A stretch of DNA of 64,000 nt from an uncultured delta proteobacterium (GCA_963755715.1 CAVWLW010000001.1:116040-180039); one strand, 5' to 3'; shown: positions 1-10,039, counted from the first letter of the stretch. Numbers and translations: made by a program. The notes: generated by a model not told the origin, from the sequence alone.

Positions 1-792
1 CTGCGCGCCCGCAATGGCGGCGTCCTGGTGCGCGCGGGACAAACCGAAGGCTCGGTCGACTTGGCCCGTTTGGCGGGGCTCAAGCCGGCCGGGGTTATCT
101 GCGAAATTATGAAAGACGACGGCACGATGGCGCGACTGCCCGACCTCATGCGCTTCGCCAAAAAGCACAAATTGAAAGTGGTGACAATCGCTGATTTGAT
201 CCAACACCGATTGAATTATGACCTTTTGGTCTACAAAGCGGCGTCCGCGCCCCTGCCGACCCGAGTTGGCGGTCTCTTCCAAGCCATCGTCTACAACACC
301 CATGTCGATCAGAGCGAGCACCTCGCTTTGATCAAGGGCGATATTTCGCCTAAGCAAGAGACTCTGGTGCGGGTCCACACCAAATATGTCCCCGGCGATG
401 TCTTTGGTTTCGAATTGCTGAACACCAATGCGGTGATCCAGCGTTCCATGGAAATCATCGCCAAAGAAGGCAAGGGCGTGATTCTTTATCTGCAACCGAA
501 GCGCAAAGGACTGCACCCGGCAATGGTCACCTACCCGAGACTGGAAGGAAAGCAGCAAAAGGAGATGAACCGCTCGTTCGTTTACCAGGCCGATTTCAAA
601 GAATACGGCATCGGCGCGCAAATTCTGCGCGACCTAGGCGTGCGCAAAATGCGCCTGCTCAGCAATAACAAGAAACATCTGGTTGGACTGCGCGGTTACG
701 GCTTGGAAATCACTGCCCTCGAACCAATCGCACGGGATAATCCGCTGCGCGACGCGGTTAAACAAAAAAAGCCTAAAGCGCAAGGCGCTTGA
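1..792 (+). CDS. ribB: DHBP synthase fused to degenerate GTP cyclohydrolase II domain (RibBA/RibBX type); 5' part outside window
   Basis: [31 protein letters not shown] are RibB motifs; C-terminal VRVH...GDVFG and [10 protein letters not shown] are GCH-II-like but lack the Zn cysteines. Confidence 0.9.
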   Translation: MRARNGGVLVRAGQTEGSVDLARLAGLKPAGVICEIMKDDGTMARLPDLMRFAKKHKLKVVTIADLIQHRLNYDLLVYKAASAPLPTRVGGLFQAIVYNTHVDQSEHLALIKGDISPKQETLVRVHTKYVPGDVFGFELLNTNAVIQRSMEIIAKEGKGVILYLQPKRKGLHPAMVTYPRLEGKQQKEMNRSFVYQADFKEYGIGAQILRDLGVRKMRLLSNNKKHLVGLRGYGLEITALEPIARDNPLRDAVKQKKPKAQGA

Positions 793-819
793 TTTAAATC
801 AAAGCACGGTTCGTATAAT
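789..819 (+). promoter_or_regulatory. FNR/FixK-type box (TTGAT-N4-ATCAA) next to a TATAAT -10 element
   Basis: TTGATTTAAATCAA at 789-802; TATAAT at 814-819, upstream of the FmdB-like gene. Confidence 0.55.
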
Positions 820-846
820 TCCGCGCTCAGGTAACGCCGAGGATCT

Positions 847-1056
847 ATGCCAATATTTGAATATCGCTGCCGCGGCTGCAACGCTTATTTTGAAACCATC
901 GTGCTTTCGCCGCGCGAGAAAATCACTTGCCCGCACTGCCAGGGCGGCGCCGTGGACAAACAGCTCTCGGTTTTCAGCGCGCCGGCGGCCGCGAAGGACG
1001 CCAGCGCACCAGCCGGGGGCTGCGGCTGCACGCCGCAAACTTGTGGCTGCCATTAA
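847..1056 (+). CDS. FmdB-family zinc-ribbon protein
   Basis: MPIFEYRCRGC...CPHCQG...KQLSVF signature; Cys-rich tail GGCGCTPQTCGCH; GAGGA RBS. Confidence 0.9.
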   Translation: MPIFEYRCRGCNAYFETIVLSPREKITCPHCQGGAVDKQLSVFSAPAAAKDASAPAGGCGCTPQTCGCH

Positions 1057-1577
1057 GACTTTTCAGGCGGGCTAAAATAGCGCGGCAATTCGGCGCGAAT
1101 GCGTTTCAGAGCCTCGCCGACATTGCCGTAAACGCGCTCTTCCACCAATTGGCCGTGGACCCAGCAGTCCAACGACGGCGCGTCGGTAAAATTAATATCG
1201 ACGTAGCGTTCGCCGATCGGCTCGCCGGTGATGATCACGCGAACTGAATAGCCGGCATCGACGACAATCCCTCGGGCGCCGGGCGGGAGCGGTAACCCGC
1301 TTTTGATCTTGGCCAGCTTTTCCTGCGGATACTTGCCGATTTCCAGTGAGTAATAACCCCAGTCGCCGGGGCCGACGGATAAACCGTTGAGGAGTTTGGT
1401 GTTGATGTCGACAAGGTTTTTGGCCGCTTGATCTTGATTATAGTTTTTGAGCAGTTCGTAAGCCCATTTCTCGATGATACCCTTGATCGGCTCCGCGGCT
1501 TTTTCCCGCTCCTTGACCGGGCCACGATCAATCCACCACTTGGTCTCTTCGAATGTGGAGGTTTTTTCTTCCGCCAT
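1053..1577 (-). CDS. hypothetical protein (174 aa)
   Basis: ATG start, protein-like composition, fills gap between genes. Confidence 0.7.
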   Translation of the reverse strand: MAEEKTSTFEETKWWIDRGPVKEREKAAEPIKGIIEKWAYELLKNYNQDQAAKNLVDINTKLLNGLSVGPGDWGYYSLEIGKYPQEKLAKIKSGLPLPPGARGIVVDAGYSVRVIITGEPIGERYVDINFTDAPSLDCWVHGQLVEERVYGNVGEALKRIRAELPRYFSPPEKS

Positions 1578-1616
1578 AATGACAAATACTACGAAGCAGC
1601 GTTGAGTCCGCGTTGT

Positions 1617-2612
1617 TTAAATTTTGAATTCCTCCAGCGTGCTTTTCGCGAACAGCGAATCAACTTCGGGACGCTTGCTGATCAGACCCTGCTCATGGGT
1701 GTACTGCACCAACGTCTCCAGCACGTGACGGTTCGCTTCCAAGCCGTAAGCCCATGGGTCCGGGCCGAGAACTTCACGCTCTTTTTCCATCTCATCGATC
1801 GACCAAGCGAGCATATACTTGAGCGCCGAGAACTCATACATCGCTTCCTGGCAAAGGCGCTTCGATTCATCGAACGCCTTAAACAGACTTTGAGCAATCC
1901 AGGGATGCTTCTCGTAGACTTCTTCGCGGATCACGATCGTGTGCATGATGGGAAAAATTTTCGTGCGGCGAAAATAATCCTGCTCCACTTCGCGGAAATT
2001 GGCAATCAACCGTTGAACCTTGGGGTGGCGGTGCTTGAACGGCGACGGCATGTGCGCCGAGATCATCGCGTCGATCTCGCCGCTTGCGAGCATGGCGGAA
2101 AGAGTTTGATCGTCGGGAATCGGCTGAATATTGATATTGGGCGGCAAATTATGTTTGACCTTGTCCTGGCGCCCGGGATGTTCTTCGCCGCCGGTGAACC
2201 ACTTCATTTGTTCCGGCAATACGCCGTATTCATGCTGTAAGATACCGCGCGCCCAAGTCGCCATGGTGATTTGATATTCAGGTACGCCGACACGTTTACC
2301 CGCCATGTCGGCCGGTTTTTTAATGCCCGAGTCGGTATTGATGTAGATACAGGAATGGCGAAAAGTCTTGGACGGAAACACCGGGATGCCGATCAGCCGC
2401 GGCGCGCCTTTGTCGCGCGACATGAGGAAAGAGCCCGTCGACATCTCGGCGACGTCGAACTCGCCGTAGCGCAGCATGCGCCAAAAAGTCTCCTCTACGC
2501 GCAACGGCAAATAGGTGAGATCCACGCCCTCGACTTCGACCCTGCCGTCTTGCAGCGCGCGCGTACGGTCGTAATCCCAGCACGCCAAAGTCAAACGAAT
2601 TCTCCCCATCAT
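1617..2612 (-). CDS. 4,5-dihydroxyphthalate decarboxylase-like / periplasmic-binding-fold protein
   Basis: LTLACWDYDRTRAL, EFDVAEMS, IPVFPS..FRH, GVPEYQ.T, IFPIMH, DPWAYGLEANR motifs. Confidence 0.85.
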   Translation of the reverse strand: MMGRIRLTLACWDYDRTRALQDGRVEVEGVDLTYLPLRVEETFWRMLRYGEFDVAEMSTGSFLMSRDKGAPRLIGIPVFPSKTFRHSCIYINTDSGIKKPADMAGKRVGVPEYQITMATWARGILQHEYGVLPEQMKWFTGGEEHPGRQDKVKHNLPPNINIQPIPDDQTLSAMLASGEIDAMISAHMPSPFKHRHPKVQRLIANFREVEQDYFRRTKIFPIMHTIVIREEVYEKHPWIAQSLFKAFDESKRLCQEAMYEFSALKYMLAWSIDEMEKEREVLGPDPWAYGLEANRHVLETLVQYTHEQGLISKRPEVDSLFAKSTLEEFKI

Positions 2613-2653
2613 GGACTCCCCTAGACCTGACGAAATTGTTCTCGGCGAGTCAG

Positions 2654-2872
2654 TTAAGCCTGCACGCCGGCAAGAAATTGATTAGCGCCGATGACGAACT
2701 GTTCCTTTTCGCTCTGCAAGACAACGGCCGCCTCGCCGGAGGCGAGCGTCGTGCGCCGTTGTAGGCTATACGGTTTGCCCTTGAACGTGACCCGCTGACC
2801 GAGAGCAAACCGGCTTAGTTTTTCGTGATCGCTCTGTGGATCAATTTTTTCCATCGCCTGGTTTAATACCAT
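2654..2872 (-). CDS. small hypothetical protein
   Basis: 72 aa ORF with plausible composition. Confidence 0.55.
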   Translation of the reverse strand: MVLNQAMEKIDPQSDHEKLSRFALGQRVTFKGKPYSLQRRTTLASGEAAVVLQSEKEQFVIGANQFLAGVQA

Positions 2873-2954
2873 ATCGGCGCTTAAAGCTTAAACCGCCGTC
2901 AAATTGACATCACCGACACCCGAGAATAAAGTACCGCGAAACGGCACAAACATC

Positions 2955-3884
2955 ATGCGTATCGCGGTCATCGGCACGGGCGCCGTGGGCGGCTATTTCG
3001 GAGCGAAGCTGGCTGCGGCCGGACATGAGCTGGTTTTCATCGCCCGCGGCAAGCATCTCGATGCCCTGCGCCGCGACGGTTTGCACATCGTCAGTTCGAG
3101 CGGCAATCGGCACGTGCGCAATGCCGTGTTTACCGCCAGCGCCGCCGCGATCGAGAGTGTCGAGCTTGTGCTATTTTGCGTCAAGTCCTACGACACCGAA
3201 ACGGCGGCAAAAGCTTTCGCGCCGCTGATCGGCGCGCACACAACGATTCTCTCACTCCAAAACGGCATCGATAATTCGGAAAAGCTCGCCGGATTGTGGG
3301 GCGATGATCGCACCCTCGCCGGCGTGGTTTATATCGGCGCGCAAATCGATGCTCCGGGCGTAATCCACCACGCCAACGGCGGCAAAATTGTCTTCGGTCG
3401 ACTCGACGGTAAAACTAAAGAAGGCGCAAAAACCGTCGAGCACGTACTAGCGGCGGCGGAAATCCCGTGCGAGCTCAGTGACAACATTCAAAAGATCCAA
3501 TGGGCCAAGCTCCTTTGGAACGCGCCTTTTTGCGCCATCAGTTGCCTCGCTCGCGCCAACGTCAAACAAATCGTCGAGTCCGAAGCACTGACCGATCTCG
3601 CCATCGCCTGCATGATGGAAGTGCATGGCGCTGCGCTCACGCGCGGCATCGATTTGCACCGCTCCCTTTTCGACGACACCATCGCTTTTTCGCGCGGCTT
3701 GGGCGAGTTCAAGCCTTCCATGCTGCAGGATCTGGAAGCGCGTAAGCCCCTCGAATACGAAGCCTTCAACGGCATCGTCATCAGGGTCTTGCGCCAAGCC
3801 GGCCAAACGGCGCCGGTCAACCAAACCTTTTACGCTCTACTCCAGCACTTGGACAGAAAATCTCGCGAGGAGGCCGCGCCCTAA
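2955..3884 (+). CDS. panE: 2-dehydropantoate 2-reductase (ketopantoate reductase family)
   Basis: MRIAVIGTGAVGGYFG, LFCVKSYD, LQNGI, WAKLLWN, PSMLQD. Confidence 0.92.
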   Translation: MRIAVIGTGAVGGYFGAKLAAAGHELVFIARGKHLDALRRDGLHIVSSSGNRHVRNAVFTASAAAIESVELVLFCVKSYDTETAAKAFAPLIGAHTTILSLQNGIDNSEKLAGLWGDDRTLAGVVYIGAQIDAPGVIHHANGGKIVFGRLDGKTKEGAKTVEHVLAAAEIPCELSDNIQKIQWAKLLWNAPFCAISCLARANVKQIVESEALTDLAIACMMEVHGAALTRGIDLHRSLFDDTIAFSRGLGEFKPSMLQDLEARKPLEYEAFNGIVIRVLRQAGQTAPVNQTFYALLQHLDRKSREEAAP

Positions 3885-3887
3885 ATC

Positions 3888-4799
3888 ATGTCGCTCTTAA
3901 ATTCAATTCGCGCATCGATCATCGGCTCGATCAGTCTTGTCGGAGCGATCGTGCTGTTGCAAAGCTTCGCCCACGCCCAAACCGGTAATAAAGAACAGAT
4001 CGCCAAGGGCCAATACATTTTCGCTTTGGCCGGCGGGTGCGCCTGCCATACCGTGCCGAAAGGAACGCCGCACGCAGGCGGGCGCGCTTTTCCGATCCCA
4101 TTCGGAACGGTTTACAGCACCAACATTACTCAGGATAAAGAGACCGGCTTGGGCGATTGGACGGATCAGCAAATTCACGATGCCATGACGAAAGGGATCC
4201 GGCGCGACGGCAGCCGAATTTTGCCGGTAATGCCTTACGAGAAATACTCCGGCATGGCGCAAGCGGATCTGCAAGCGCTGATCGCTTATTTGAGAACGAT
4301 AAAGCCGGTCAAAAAAGCGACGCCGGAGTTAAAAACCTGGGCGCCGTTTGCGCGCAGCCTCGGTACGCCGATTTTTTTAAAAATCTTTGGCCGTTTCAGC
4401 AACGCGTCGAGCGCGGCGCCGCAAAGTGGCGTCGAGCGCGGCCGTTACTTGGTTGATCATGTTTCCTTGTGCGGCGATTGTCATACGCCGCGCAATTCGA
4501 TCGGCGTGCCGAAACAGTCTTACTACTTGGCCGGGGCGAGCGAAAAGGCCGGACCTCTCGGCCAAGCGGTGGCGAATATTACGCCCGACAAAGAAACCGG
4601 CATCGGCGAATGGAAACGCGAAGACATAGTCGAGTTGTTACACTCCGGAACCAAGCCCGACCTCGATAACGTGCAAGGGCTCATGTACGAAGTGATTCAA
4701 GGAATTTCCTACGGCTATAAAGACATGACAAAGCAAGACGCCCTGGCGATCGCCGATTATTTGAAATCTACCCCGCCAATCAAAAATAAGGTCAAATAG
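3888..4799 (+). CDS. exported diheme c-type cytochrome (gluconate/alcohol dehydrogenase cytochrome-subunit-like)
   Basis: signal peptide; heme motifs CACH (contracted) and CGDCH; FGTVYSTNIT.DKETG.G.W repeats; PVMPY. Confidence 0.9.
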   Translation: MSLLNSIRASIIGSISLVGAIVLLQSFAHAQTGNKEQIAKGQYIFALAGGCACHTVPKGTPHAGGRAFPIPFGTVYSTNITQDKETGLGDWTDQQIHDAMTKGIRRDGSRILPVMPYEKYSGMAQADLQALIAYLRTIKPVKKATPELKTWAPFARSLGTPIFLKIFGRFSNASSAAPQSGVERGRYLVDHVSLCGDCHTPRNSIGVPKQSYYLAGASEKAGPLGQAVANITPDKETGIGEWKREDIVELLHSGTKPDLDNVQGLMYEVIQGISYGYKDMTKQDALAIADYLKSTPPIKNKVK

Positions 4800-4809
4800 T
4801 TTTACGCCG

Positions 4810-5817
4810 CTAATTTCGCGGCACTTTTTTGATGACGTCGCCGAGCACCTGGTCGGCGCTGATGTTCTCAGCTTCGGCTTGAAAGTTGAGGATGAGCCGA
4901 TGGCGCAGCGCCGGGAAAATAACTTTCTCGACGTCTTCGTAGCTCACATGAACCCGGCCCTCGGCGAGGGCGTTGCCTTTCGCGCCGAGGATGATCGATT
5001 GGGCGCCGCGCGGGCTCGAGCCAAAGCGAATGTATTGCTTGACCGATGTTTGCACCGGACCGCCGTTTTGCGCTTCGGCTTGAGTCGCATGAACCAATCG
5101 AACCACGTAGTCTTCGATCGGCGGCGCGATCATCACTTGGCGCAGTAAATATTTCATTTCGTTAACCGTTCCGCTATCGTCATCCGGCAGCACTTTGGTC
5201 GCATCGCCGCTTTCTATGCCCGTTGTCCGTTTGAGTATTTCGCGCAACTCCGCGGGCGCCGGCGGCGCCACCAAGAGCTTGAAGAAAAACCGATCGAGCT
5301 GCGCCTCCGGCAACGGGTAGGTGCCCTCGAGCTCGATGGGATTTTGCGTGGCAAGCACGATGAAGGGAGAGGCGAGAATATGCGACTCGCCGAATACCGT
5401 GACTTGCTTTTCTTCCATCGCTTCGAGCACTGCCGATTGGGTCTTAGGCGTGGCTCGGTTGATCTCGTCGGCGAGAACGACATGAGCGAAGATCGGGCCC
5501 TGCTTGAATTGAAATTCCCGCCGGCCGTTGGTGTCGGTCAGCACTTCGGTGCCGACGATATCCGATGGCATCAAGTCGGGAGTGAACTGAATCCGTTTGA
5601 ATGACATGCCGAGAGCGCGGCTCAAGGACTTCACCAGCAGCGTCTTGCCTAAACCCGGCACGCCCTCGAGTAAAACATGTCCACCCGCAAAAAAGGCGAT
5701 CAGGACTTTTCTAATCAGATCGTCGTGACCGACGATCACTTTTTGCACCTCGGTTTGCAGGCGCTTAAAAATTTCGCGAAACTGCTCCGGCTCCATCACT
5801 TCCCCTTTCCCCATCAA
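4810..5817 (-). CDS. MoxR-family AAA+ ATPase
   Basis: HVLLEGVPGLGKT, RIQFTPDLMPSD, LADEINRATPKTQSA, ATQNPIELEGTYPLPEAQLDRF. Confidence 0.95.
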   Translation of the reverse strand: MMGKGEVMEPEQFREIFKRLQTEVQKVIVGHDDLIRKVLIAFFAGGHVLLEGVPGLGKTLLVKSLSRALGMSFKRIQFTPDLMPSDIVGTEVLTDTNGRREFQFKQGPIFAHVVLADEINRATPKTQSAVLEAMEEKQVTVFGESHILASPFIVLATQNPIELEGTYPLPEAQLDRFFFKLLVAPPAPAELREILKRTTGIESGDATKVLPDDDSGTVNEMKYLLRQVMIAPPIEDYVVRLVHATQAEAQNGGPVQTSVKQYIRFGSSPRGAQSIILGAKGNALAEGRVHVSYEDVEKVIFPALRHRLILNFQAEAENISADQVLGDVIKKVPRN

Positions 5818-7196
5818 CGGATCATGCCGCGATATTCAATCGGCACCTGCTGCTTTTCGCTCGGCGCATTAGGAACATGGGCGGGCAGCGGAACATTACT
5901 GACGGGCACCTGGGTTCGCGCTCGGCTGCCTTTGGATTCTTTGGTGGCCCGGCTTTCGCCTTTGCCGTCGGCCGCAATTTCCTCGGGTAATTGTACCGTC
6001 ACATAGCGCGCGTTTTTGATGCCTTCCTTACCTTCGCCACCCTTGTAAAACCGTTCTGCGGGAGACACGCCTTGAGGCGGCGGCTCCTCCGATGATTTTT
6101 CTTTGCCGGCACCATCTTTCGAACCGCCCTCGGTCTTGCCCATTTGCTCTTTGTTCTGTTCTTTGCCGGACCGACTCGGGTCGGGTTGATTATCTTGCTT
6201 GGCGTCGCCCGGCTGCTGATTTTTTTCCGAACCCGGTTCCTTCGGATTTCCCTGGGCGGTCTTTCCTTGCTGCAATTCCGTGCTCAATTGCGCGCTCGAA
6301 TCTCCTTTGCTGTCACCACTACCACCTTGGCTTTGCTCGCTTTTCCCTTGTCCTTGTTGGCGCACATCGCTTTGAATGCCGCCGCCGCCTTTTTGTTCGT
6401 CCTTTCGCTCCTGGCCGCCTGCTTGTTGCTGTTCCACGCCCTCAAGCGCGCTCGCTGCCTGGCCGAGCAAGTCGCGATTGTCCTTTTGTTCTTCCTTCTT
6501 TTGCTGTTCCTCGATTTCTTTTTTTAACTCCTGGGCCTGTGCCTGTTTTTCTTCGCGCGGGATTTTTGGCTCGTCGAGCTTTGCCGCGAGCGCTAGGAGA
6601 TCTTTACCGACTTTCTTGAGTCCCGGTTTTAGCGCCATCTCTTGGCCTAAGGCACGAAGCCGATCTTGAAGCACGCCGGGGCGAGCCACAGACGCGGTCA
6701 AAGGCAATAAAAAACTGATGAGTATCGCTGCGAGCAACGACAAGCCGAACGACCAGTAAGCAGAGGATTTGAGCCGATAGGGAAAGTCGCGTTTGAGCTC
6801 GACTCTGTGACTGAAGCCGCTGGTTTCGCGCCGCAGCCGAGACAAGAACGATGCCGGCCAATCCGCCGGCTTTACGGTCGCTAAGGTGAGAAAATGATCT
6901 TTCGCAGCCGCCTGCCGATCGAGCAATTGCGCCGCAGCCGAGACACTTGGAGCTGCAGGCCGGTAACGCAAAACTACGGCGAAGCAACCTAAAACCATCA
7001 CGAGCGCGGCGCTCACGAGCATGGGAATCTGGCCCAGCCAAGCCGCGCCGAACAGCACAGCGATGATATAAATTGCCGCGCCTACCGGCGGGCTAAAAAT
7101 AAGTAATGAATCCAAAAGCGCCTGGTGGCGCAGTTTTGCCGCCAAACGATAGATTAGTTTTTCCGGGCGCTCCCCTTCATCCGGCTCGGATTGCAT
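5814..7196 (-). CDS. membrane protein with coiled coil and Q/G/K-rich disordered C-terminus (MoxR-associated type)
   Basis: three TM segments, coiled coil, low-complexity region, C-terminal VPIEYR; stop overlaps MoxR start. Confidence 0.75.
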   Translation of the reverse strand: MQSEPDEGERPEKLIYRLAAKLRHQALLDSLLIFSPPVGAAIYIIAVLFGAAWLGQIPMLVSAALVMVLGCFAVVLRYRPAAPSVSAAAQLLDRQAAAKDHFLTLATVKPADWPASFLSRLRRETSGFSHRVELKRDFPYRLKSSAYWSFGLSLLAAILISFLLPLTASVARPGVLQDRLRALGQEMALKPGLKKVGKDLLALAAKLDEPKIPREEKQAQAQELKKEIEEQQKKEEQKDNRDLLGQAASALEGVEQQQAGGQERKDEQKGGGGIQSDVRQQGQGKSEQSQGGSGDSKGDSSAQLSTELQQGKTAQGNPKEPGSEKNQQPGDAKQDNQPDPSRSGKEQNKEQMGKTEGGSKDGAGKEKSSEEPPPQGVSPAERFYKGGEGKEGIKNARYVTVQLPEEIAADGKGESRATKESKGSRARTQVPVSNVPLPAHVPNAPSEKQQVPIEYRGMIR

Positions 7197-7245
7197 GGCA
7201 GCAAACTATAACATGTCGGCGCTGACGGCTTAAGCGGATAAAGTC

Positions 7246-8277
7246 CTAACGCGGCACCGGGGACTTGCCGCGGGTCGCGGGCTCGCGAACCGGTTGGTAG
7301 ACTTTCACGGCGTGGTTGTGGGCCTCGATGGTAGCGGAAAACAGATGGGTGCCATCGTTTTTTGACACGAAGTAAAGATACGGCACATCCGCGGGCTGAA
7401 GCGCAGCGCGAATCGAAGATAGACTCGGATTGCAAATAGGGCCGGGAGGCAGCGCGGCAATGCGATAGGTATTATAGGGGTTGGGGTCATTCAAGTCTTT
7501 GCGCGTCAAATTGCCGTTAAAATCTTTAAGTCCGTAGATGACCGTCGGATCGCTTTGCAGCGCCATTTGGCGCTGCAATCGGTTATGAAAAACCGCAGAG
7601 ACGAGTGGACGTTCACTTTCGACACCGGTTTCTTTTTCGATGATCGAGGCTAGGGTGAGAATTTCGTGGGCAGTCAATTTGCTGTTCCCTTCGCGCTGGG
7701 CCAACAGCGGTAGTGAAACCTTACGAAACTGCTCGGCCATCGTCAGAATGATGTCCCGTTCCGGCGTCGAGGGAACGAAATGATAGGTGCTCGGAAACAA
7801 GTAGCCTTCAATCCCCTTGTCTTGCAAGCCGAGACCGGCCAGTAAATTCGGATCGGCAGCCGCCGCAAGAAATTTTTCTTTGTTGGCAATCTGCATATTT
7901 TCCAGCAACACGGCGATTTCGCGCACGGTCAGCCCTTCGGGAATCGTCACGGTTTGGAAGATCCCCTTGCCCATAACCAAGCGCTCTAAAACATCGCGCG
8001 GCGCGACCCTCGTTTCAAAACGATAGAGCCCCGGATGGATCTTCTTTTCAGCGCCGCTCAAGCGCGCCAAGAGCGAAAACAGAAAGCCGTTCGAGACGAT
8101 CTTTTGATCGCCTAGTTTGCGCGCGACGGTGGCCAAAGATTCGCCCTGCTCGACGCGGATTTCTGCCGGCAGCGGTCCTTCGCCAGGCAGCGCATAAAAA
8201 ATGTAATAGAGAAATAGGCCGGCCGAGAGCGCGATCCCCATGACCCCGACGAGGAGAATAGTGCGTAAAGCTTTCAC
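7246..8277 (-). CDS. mltG: endolytic transglycosylase MltG (YceG family)
   Basis: TIPEG, EGYLFPSTY, LASIIEKET, LQSDPTVIYG, YNTY...LPPGPICNP, YLYFV. Confidence 0.95.
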   Translation of the reverse strand: MKALRTILLVGVMGIALSAGLFLYYIFYALPGEGPLPAEIRVEQGESLATVARKLGDQKIVSNGFLFSLLARLSGAEKKIHPGLYRFETRVAPRDVLERLVMGKGIFQTVTIPEGLTVREIAVLLENMQIANKEKFLAAAADPNLLAGLGLQDKGIEGYLFPSTYHFVPSTPERDIILTMAEQFRKVSLPLLAQREGNSKLTAHEILTLASIIEKETGVESERPLVSAVFHNRLQRQMALQSDPTVIYGLKDFNGNLTRKDLNDPNPYNTYRIAALPPGPICNPSLSSIRAALQPADVPYLYFVSKNDGTHLFSATIEAHNHAVKVYQPVREPATRGKSPVPR

Positions 8278-8340
8278 GATCGCGCGTCGGAAGAGGAATA
8301 GAAGGATGAGCGAGCGCGGGTTTCAGAAGGGAGCGGCAAG

Positions 8341-8910
8341 CTAGTTTTCCGTGATATTGACCTTGATCCAGCCTTCGACTTGACGCATGAATCCGGCAAA
8401 CGGATCTTCTCCGGGAGCCGATGCAAAATAAGCCTTGCGCGTGTAATCGAGCGCACCGGAATAATATTCGAACTTCTTCGAAAGTTCCTGGTAGAGAAAG
8501 TACCCCGTACGGTAGAGCGAGAGGTCGAGCTCGGAGACAGTCCAGTAGGAGCGGCTGCCTTCCTGGATATAGTAATCGAGCGAGCCGCTTCCCTCGACGT
8601 GCTTGCGAAAAATGCCGCTCATGAACAAAGCGTAATCGCCGACGTACTTGCGCAAGGATCGTTCTTTGAGAACGTCGCTTTCGGCCGCTCCAGCGGCCGG
8701 TTGGCGCGCCAGCATTTCGACCACGCTATCTTCTTTGCGACCGGCGCGGCCGCGAAATTTGTAAAGTGCATCACTGCGGGCAAATTCCGCAAGGACATCG
8801 GCCACATATCCAGCAACCGTGGCGTCGTAGATACCCAGTTGCCAGAAGCTTTCCCGCACTATTTTGAGAAAATAGCTTTGTAACTTGTTGTCGGGACCGC
8901 GGGTTTCCAT
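8341..8910 (-). CDS. conserved-looking hypothetical protein
   Basis: ATG at 8910 (METRGP); motif RKYVGDYALFMSGIF...LDYY..GSRSY. Confidence 0.75.
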   Translation of the reverse strand: METRGPDNKLQSYFLKIVRESFWQLGIYDATVAGYVADVLAEFARSDALYKFRGRAGRKEDSVVEMLARQPAAGAAESDVLKERSLRKYVGDYALFMSGIFRKHVEGSGSLDYYIQEGSRSYWTVSELDLSLYRTGYFLYQELSKKFEYYSGALDYTRKAYFASAPGEDPFAGFMRQVEGWIKVNITEN

Positions 8911-9199
8911 CGTTACGTTCAAATGATAGCAAAGTTGCCATGGCGTGAAAAGGTTCTTTTTCAGATTTGCCGCGAAGCACATGTGGATCGGCGCGCCGCG
9001 TCTGGCGAATTTTCCCACCGCGGCTATATCGCCACGGTTGGTAAAGAAGCTCTGGTTTGGAGGTGCCAAGATGGCAAGACAGCTGAAGGAAGATTTTGTC
9101 ACCTGATGGCGCCTGGGCGTCTTTTGAGCTCATGACGATCCGCAAGCATGACGATTATCTCAAGTCGTTCCGGGTGCGCCGAGGACGCCGTAGAAGGCG

Positions 9200-10039
9200 T
9201 TGCGCCGAATGGTAGTCCACATCACGCTAGGTTGGCCTGCTTTTTGGCTTACGGCAATCTCCCTGATGGCTGTCTCTTGCCGATTTGAAGATCGAGTGAT
9301 TTTCCAACCCAGCGTCACGATCGACCAATCGCCTCGAGATGTCGACCTCGACTTCGAGAATCTGGATTTCAACGCGCGCGGCGGTGTTGTTCTAAACGGT
9401 TGGTTTATTCGCCATCGCGAAGCGCGCTCCACGCTGGTTTAGTTTCACGGCAACGCAGGCGACATCGGCCATCGCGCGGGAACATCAAGCTGCTCCATGA
9501 AAAAACCCGAGTCGATATTTTCATCCTGACTACCGAGGCTATGGGCGCAGCGCCAGGCGCGCCCTCGGAGGAAGGCACTTATCTCGACGGTGAAGCGGCG
9601 CTCGACTTTGCGCGCAATCCGTTGGGCATCGATCCGGCGCAAACGGTTCTCTTCGGCCGCTCCCTCGGCGCCGCCGTTGCTGCAGAGATGGCAACCCAGT
9701 TCGACAGTCAGGCGTTGATTTTGGAAAGCCCGTTCGCATCCATTCGCGCCATCGCCTAGCCATGTTTTCATTTCTGCCGATCGGACCGCTCCTCGGCACC
9801 CGTTACGATGTTCTGGAAAAAATCCGCGCCGTTAAAACACCGCTATTGGAGTTGCACGGCGATCGCGACGAAGTCGTGCCCTTCGACCAAGGCAAGCTGG
9901 TTTTCGCTGCGGCACCGCAACCAAGAAATTTATCACGCTCGCTGGCGCGGGCCACAACGATACCTATCTGGTCGGCAGCGACCGGTATTTTGAACAATTG
10001 AGACAATTGATCGAGGAAACGGCGCCGCCGCGCCGCTGA
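9200..10039 (+). pseudogene. alpha/beta hydrolase (ABHD13/YfhR-like), disrupted
   Basis: LV*FHGNAG with TAG at 9440, GRSLG nucleophile, LILESPFAS, HGDRDEVVP; several frameshifts and a second TAG near 9757. Confidence 0.8.

Noticed and set aside
5990-6480. Q/G/K-rich region as a DNA repeat array
   Set aside because: It is low-complexity coding sequence with no exact repeat unit.
9440-9759. In-frame TAG codons as stop-codon recoding (pyrrolysine or amber readthrough)
   Set aside because: The same gene also has frameshifts, TAG ends many normal genes here, and no pyl genes are visible.
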